A stretch of DNA of 64,000 nucleotides from Andalucia godoyi And28 (lineage: Eukaryota; Protista; Jakobida): the NCBI GenBank assembly GCA_009859145.1, contig VRVR01000039.1, positions 128,284 through 192,283 on the forward strand. The letters run 5' to 3'. This document shows positions 63,201 to 64,000 of this stretch, piece after piece (the first letter of the stretch is position 1; every line of letters begins with the position of its first letter). The position numbers and the translations under genes are program-made. Below the pieces are notes generated by a model. It did not search any database and was not told where the DNA came from. It saw only the letters and a program-made list of their open reading frames with translations.

Positions 63201-64000
63201 TTCTCACGGACCCTGCAGGGCATTCCACGACAAACGGCACATCAGCTTCTGCACGCCACGTCTTCGTGGATCGATCAAAGGTATACTCGATGTAAGAAGT
63301 TCCCAAAACGTCGTACACCCTGTACGCGGCGGTGCAAAGTGCATTCGCGTAGTGGAATTGTTCAATGCCGCGCACACTGCTTATGGCATACAATGATCCG
63401 CGCTGGCTGACCAAAGATGGAGACCAGGGCACATATTGAGGATAGCTGTTACTTGAAATCATTACATTGCGATTGTTCGAAACGGCTTGATCGAAGATTG
63501 CCTGCAGGTTTTCAGATGATTCAAAAGTCTTCCTTCCAACCTGCTTCTGCTGATTTGCAGAGTCAAACGGCAGATACATCGCTTCGTAGATGTCATTCGC
63601 TATGGAATGTATTTTGAGCGGGATCAACGTCCTCCTCACGGCACTCACACTGACCGTTATTGTCAGATTGTTTGTCAATTGATAAGCGTCATTCGACGCC
63701 GGGTCTAGAGGAAGCGAGGCGTTGAATGAAAATGCCGTATCTGTACCATTCCAGATAGCAGAATACATCGTATTCAACTCCAACAAAGAGACGTTGTAAT
63801 CCATGTACCACAAACAACCCTGAATTCCTGCTGTGGCGCACTCCCCTAAAGAGCTGGTGACGGAATACTGTTGGACTGGTCTGTTTGCAATGTATTGAAG
63901 CGGCGGATCGGGCAACACGACCGGCGGTTTCCGCAGCGACTGTGGATACAACGAGCACGACCGTGAAGATTGAGATTGCGTGGGCTTGGGCAGATTCGCG
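54214..64000 (-). CDS. giant single-pass membrane protein with four tandem HAP2/GCS1-like modules (5'-partial, >3260 aa)
   Basis: The frame is open to the window edge (the track start at 63951 is a TTG). Repeated HAP2-like motifs (NQTEFCSKPFASCLENRL, QANFCDQPVHSC, YEVFSLGNP, V.NxG...G.F....C Ig domain), TM at ~54650-54730 and a Cys/His-rich tail. Confidence 0.8.
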   Translation of the reverse strand, partial: ANLPKPTQSQSSRSCSLYPQSLRKPPVVLPDPPLQYIANRPVQQYSVTSSLGECATAGIQGCLWYMDYNVSLLELNTMYSAIWNGTDTAFSFNASLPLDPASNDAYQLTNNLTITVSVSAVRRTLIPLKIHSIANDIYEAMYLPFDSANQQKQVGRKTFESSENLQAIFDQAVSNNRNVMISSNSYPQYVPWSPSLVSQRGSLYAISSVRGIEQFHYANALCTAAYRVYDVLGTSYIEYTFDRSTKTWRAEADVPFVVECPAGSVRNLPFCPNCSRIQHQFAADLFPNYAYFDMDVSNAIPSKAVSVSLVCASCADLQNVESLSVMSSSQSSSANVVGEVIRLLHDPSLTVNLSPLENYRFFSGIANSAAKPVDTSLFYLVPKSLFASGCHGIGMDVSTLRSQANFCDQPVHSCFRDVFSMLERNSSLSFWNLVPQNDSLCPSTTDRTARAAFTYTPTASLRLDYKHRGNDPWVSVRVLGSSFGIKQPRCSTVAQSDVVLTPSRVKLQERTAMVSGSLYNSGNEAGLFNVSLACPNSGISARVPSTNDSAILLYLLPSQRSNFSFLLTASAGLSGWFECSLQAAVRPKPLWDPSLLTCQVERGTLSAFFLDNGYFIPELEAYQPTAPSLAPSTVLYMSLQRGYSVYSNILNEAPVITPSSGFVIQGTTVDVTVSFRGASSVYLSYVNRSSPALSVVWSALEDFTQSQSGLLQSLLAYAAYAKPAIYLRALNATSETIVSPTSIVTFPVVGNDLVLRFSNLPNNSFFQVISTDRFLSARTFGSVPIFETFPSVGYVYYVGAAAVTMLPIFDVPASTLFGIPSAGNASLTFASPCAASTSLCALRSPSSTMSAYFNESSIRNITLSGSFVLGDRTNPGKLVSWTAITDADGVEYELNGLITLSAFAPSTPKVTAAMTLQQYLTNTYEHVQSDIEFPPRNMYWSTERVYLDTPLNVIQSAWTNAAARFTLLRNGSVSSNRQFSRSSAYSGSLNASTIACSPTAGNVEAVMADGTIVRTFFARDSLRRTLSSTSCRWAVVPSDSQIRGVTCPRGSPRNAYCPYCDAVHHVLLSSSALGTYEVFSLGNPSISDEVSLNFSIAGPDIAIQYSKSANVTSSPINLGAGVDVRVSDVFGGISGLFADRYLMFPSSDYSSVLVSPFLQSRLVPKGLFHGKCGSVNIDYNSFWNQTEFCSKPFASCLENRLANVIANTSHWLSILPLWETLSSNTSRFSISNGLSIAFGQSDVPRNFSVNLPSSLLSFKEPSVDASFGASFSHGTSRGQQRTGVASVSVKNNGTAAGTFTAIANCSRGVSIVSQPGSATLLPLQTAIFNFSLEGILEEYGYQSCSFLVSVDRLPLWSATSKSRLLENAVSFPVFNGYFVPESEVIIERSNVVYSADAVLFVPRSRTVTAKVVSVPGSLLSATFNLTLTFISTNISIFCGDNAAELCLLSTFAYADDCLAWIRKVKAVYLFEAETNRTILPSDILNFENILPDLSLLFRSVNVSQTYFLVLSDALVEAQHGMFFSSSVHSVGVLDFLRHNVTRPTEYDRDSPLPLLESTHAAAQSPTVDAATGSPTPIDQPVWYFRNCTAQYTYHCGDVSSWNASQLIEMQFRVRRGSSDAPLTIQSIQDPVDLQVYALKNPISLTVSAPEYSTFEVPLAFVKRVGLEVAQQKHAFRNVSVSAGYDWIVVSRQFVDQLVHKASRGDDGWTLKVFNSSVSSFVPWVNVSDPLMSVDTSAIEFGIAYLTDFSWNMENSLLSCSAHLKYAVVPGEPSRYGWNLRLSFHEAPTCSPTELLSSSTYPLIQSYYGTYADVWQFDPTTGSLTSPYVLRMRGAFLSTVSNVIEDTASLIIGSNDTHFVRSSFGGFALSSVSALAYMPSPSGRYVLSMKNGDIRIAPSSAEPTLSGLVEQYLLQASMCSLPTDNMQFFAVASNSSLDPSIVFSNCGNCSVELRTAESVLQFKFPNPEIMNSSVLLRLQSLSFAVPVIGDAEVSTSFAVTDPVHGKSALYRVQLENLGFASGNFHMNTSCSQGISIVNSSVVDVVIPAASTGIFEVAVSSSAAFTGEIRCEVRSFELRKQRLWTDGVWEKQVNYAIYGYLYNGSFSEPAKPDDAPVDAKTNLGSATEFIAKRGISQQACSYFDLSVYRSGSVLNVSVEFSLSVEVALLTIENDGATGHAIGRYYLAADLLADCLLSSCVSLSSAGTDHRLLSMSANDSKLTASFHVSGAGGSANLRVSPVFVDMRSGELILPLSHPLTVPLSNVLSIVSLKTGQNCNSTGGIQPVEDDHEAAPVARGNDSHAFTIHWKSSRLFVSNYSFNGIYFEGESETETGHVPSASLAVFPNITSEDGFLSAQPIEIKTATVGYPSVSLRFRKTAIVTEFREWVAYIDNPAFFPSGADIALLADRNDVQQLFDAFLSHRSMFIVTIYDLSRNSFVPWTDSTAAGTSTVPLDVSSIEIMLKLSGVVFKAQITNTSSMETYFLALDRCASDAATICWFMSLMQSETLSQIGSDGAVTVKYGNASKFANKSCPSNAVRNQECLFCNRTFHWLKRDLGVVCEVFDIDIATDTLLRFGVELQILNHMYGTSPQYDSISLAVGAATASQPSLSTLYSIRLMNFSRPKLVSGWSDMHLFVCNLSTPAKHLDPSLRHRLLVVPKNASEERGCHGLMVDHTRFVESFSCSQPQGTCAGGMLASLLRNTSYDFSRFFNVSAADVHLTKSGDEVVVAVDNVSLSNFSISVGVQTSALRFHQPRISLSDSDPFRLITPASPSVASLSAIHTLVDQFPMASTSGCSLNVPSDSNAIFCISLRNAGERSGVFRVTADCGRFSSALMSHASDVAANQTVFFSFLLEVGTSLLFAEDVCSFSASIDSPSPLWSSADLALTQDNALVAAVEDGAFQQTCAPSSVPPEPFVIMTESQWVALNSSSGLIPVSSVKTIVWSESTWAVHNSVPEKNFTFSTKNAGEASASFASLIAKMVCEGKVQSQATITASQAGCNSTDCTFVGSVRAIGYYGNVSNITALPPVDCILSLRIPSPDRCWMQYGKSAVMSVSFSNLTVLSDVHTIPATQDSASLSACSSSFLVCTFGETLFWLALLAIFMFVLSICLMLLLYIWKRKTSRLYVTFDNDNSISKPVSGFKCSCGADGKFVCFGCGKNGEGRLFCGNEVCWNWEHSGILDASSHIPQQFGESAEMDLSLVPSLSDLERDHADGLVDVPLAAAEEVLLLVEQSGREDLLCDSDNEFDFGHISRLETLKFDEN

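Noticed and set aside
1-64000. CRISPR arrays, rRNA, intact transposase or recombinase genes
   Set aside because: No regularly spaced repeat-spacer array, rRNA-like tract or intact recombinase/transposase ORF seen. In particular, no invertase lies next to the 159-bp repeat locus.

Overview
Gene-dense, intron-poor eukaryotic chromosome segment from a free-living flagellated protist. The gene content and compactness would fit a jakobid-like excavate, but that is inference. Housekeeping genes recognised: CHMP5, CCDC180-like, CIA2/FAM96, PIP5K, WDR59, AOAH (1 intron), FAM114A-like, XPC/Rad4, NT5C-like HAD, mS37, C9orf72, Der/EngA, TRAP-beta and dynein-2 heavy chain (1 intron). Three accessory systems stand out. 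(1) A >3,260-aa membrane protein (54214->64000, minus strand, 5'-partial) built from four tandem HAP2/GCS1-like (class II fusogen fold) modules. (2) A three-gene family of type II membrane proteins at 9.2-21.6 kb. Only the first copy carries a 2,500-aa Gly/CxxC-repeat stalk ending in a phage tail-collar-like domain. An exact in-frame 159-bp box links copies 1 and 2, which could mean cassette exchange or a collapsed assembly. (3) Two decayed Fanzor2/TnpB relics flanking der, both keeping a structured omegaRNA-like 3' end; one may be exonised through a canonical intron. All family assignments come from motif recognition by eye; no database search was run.
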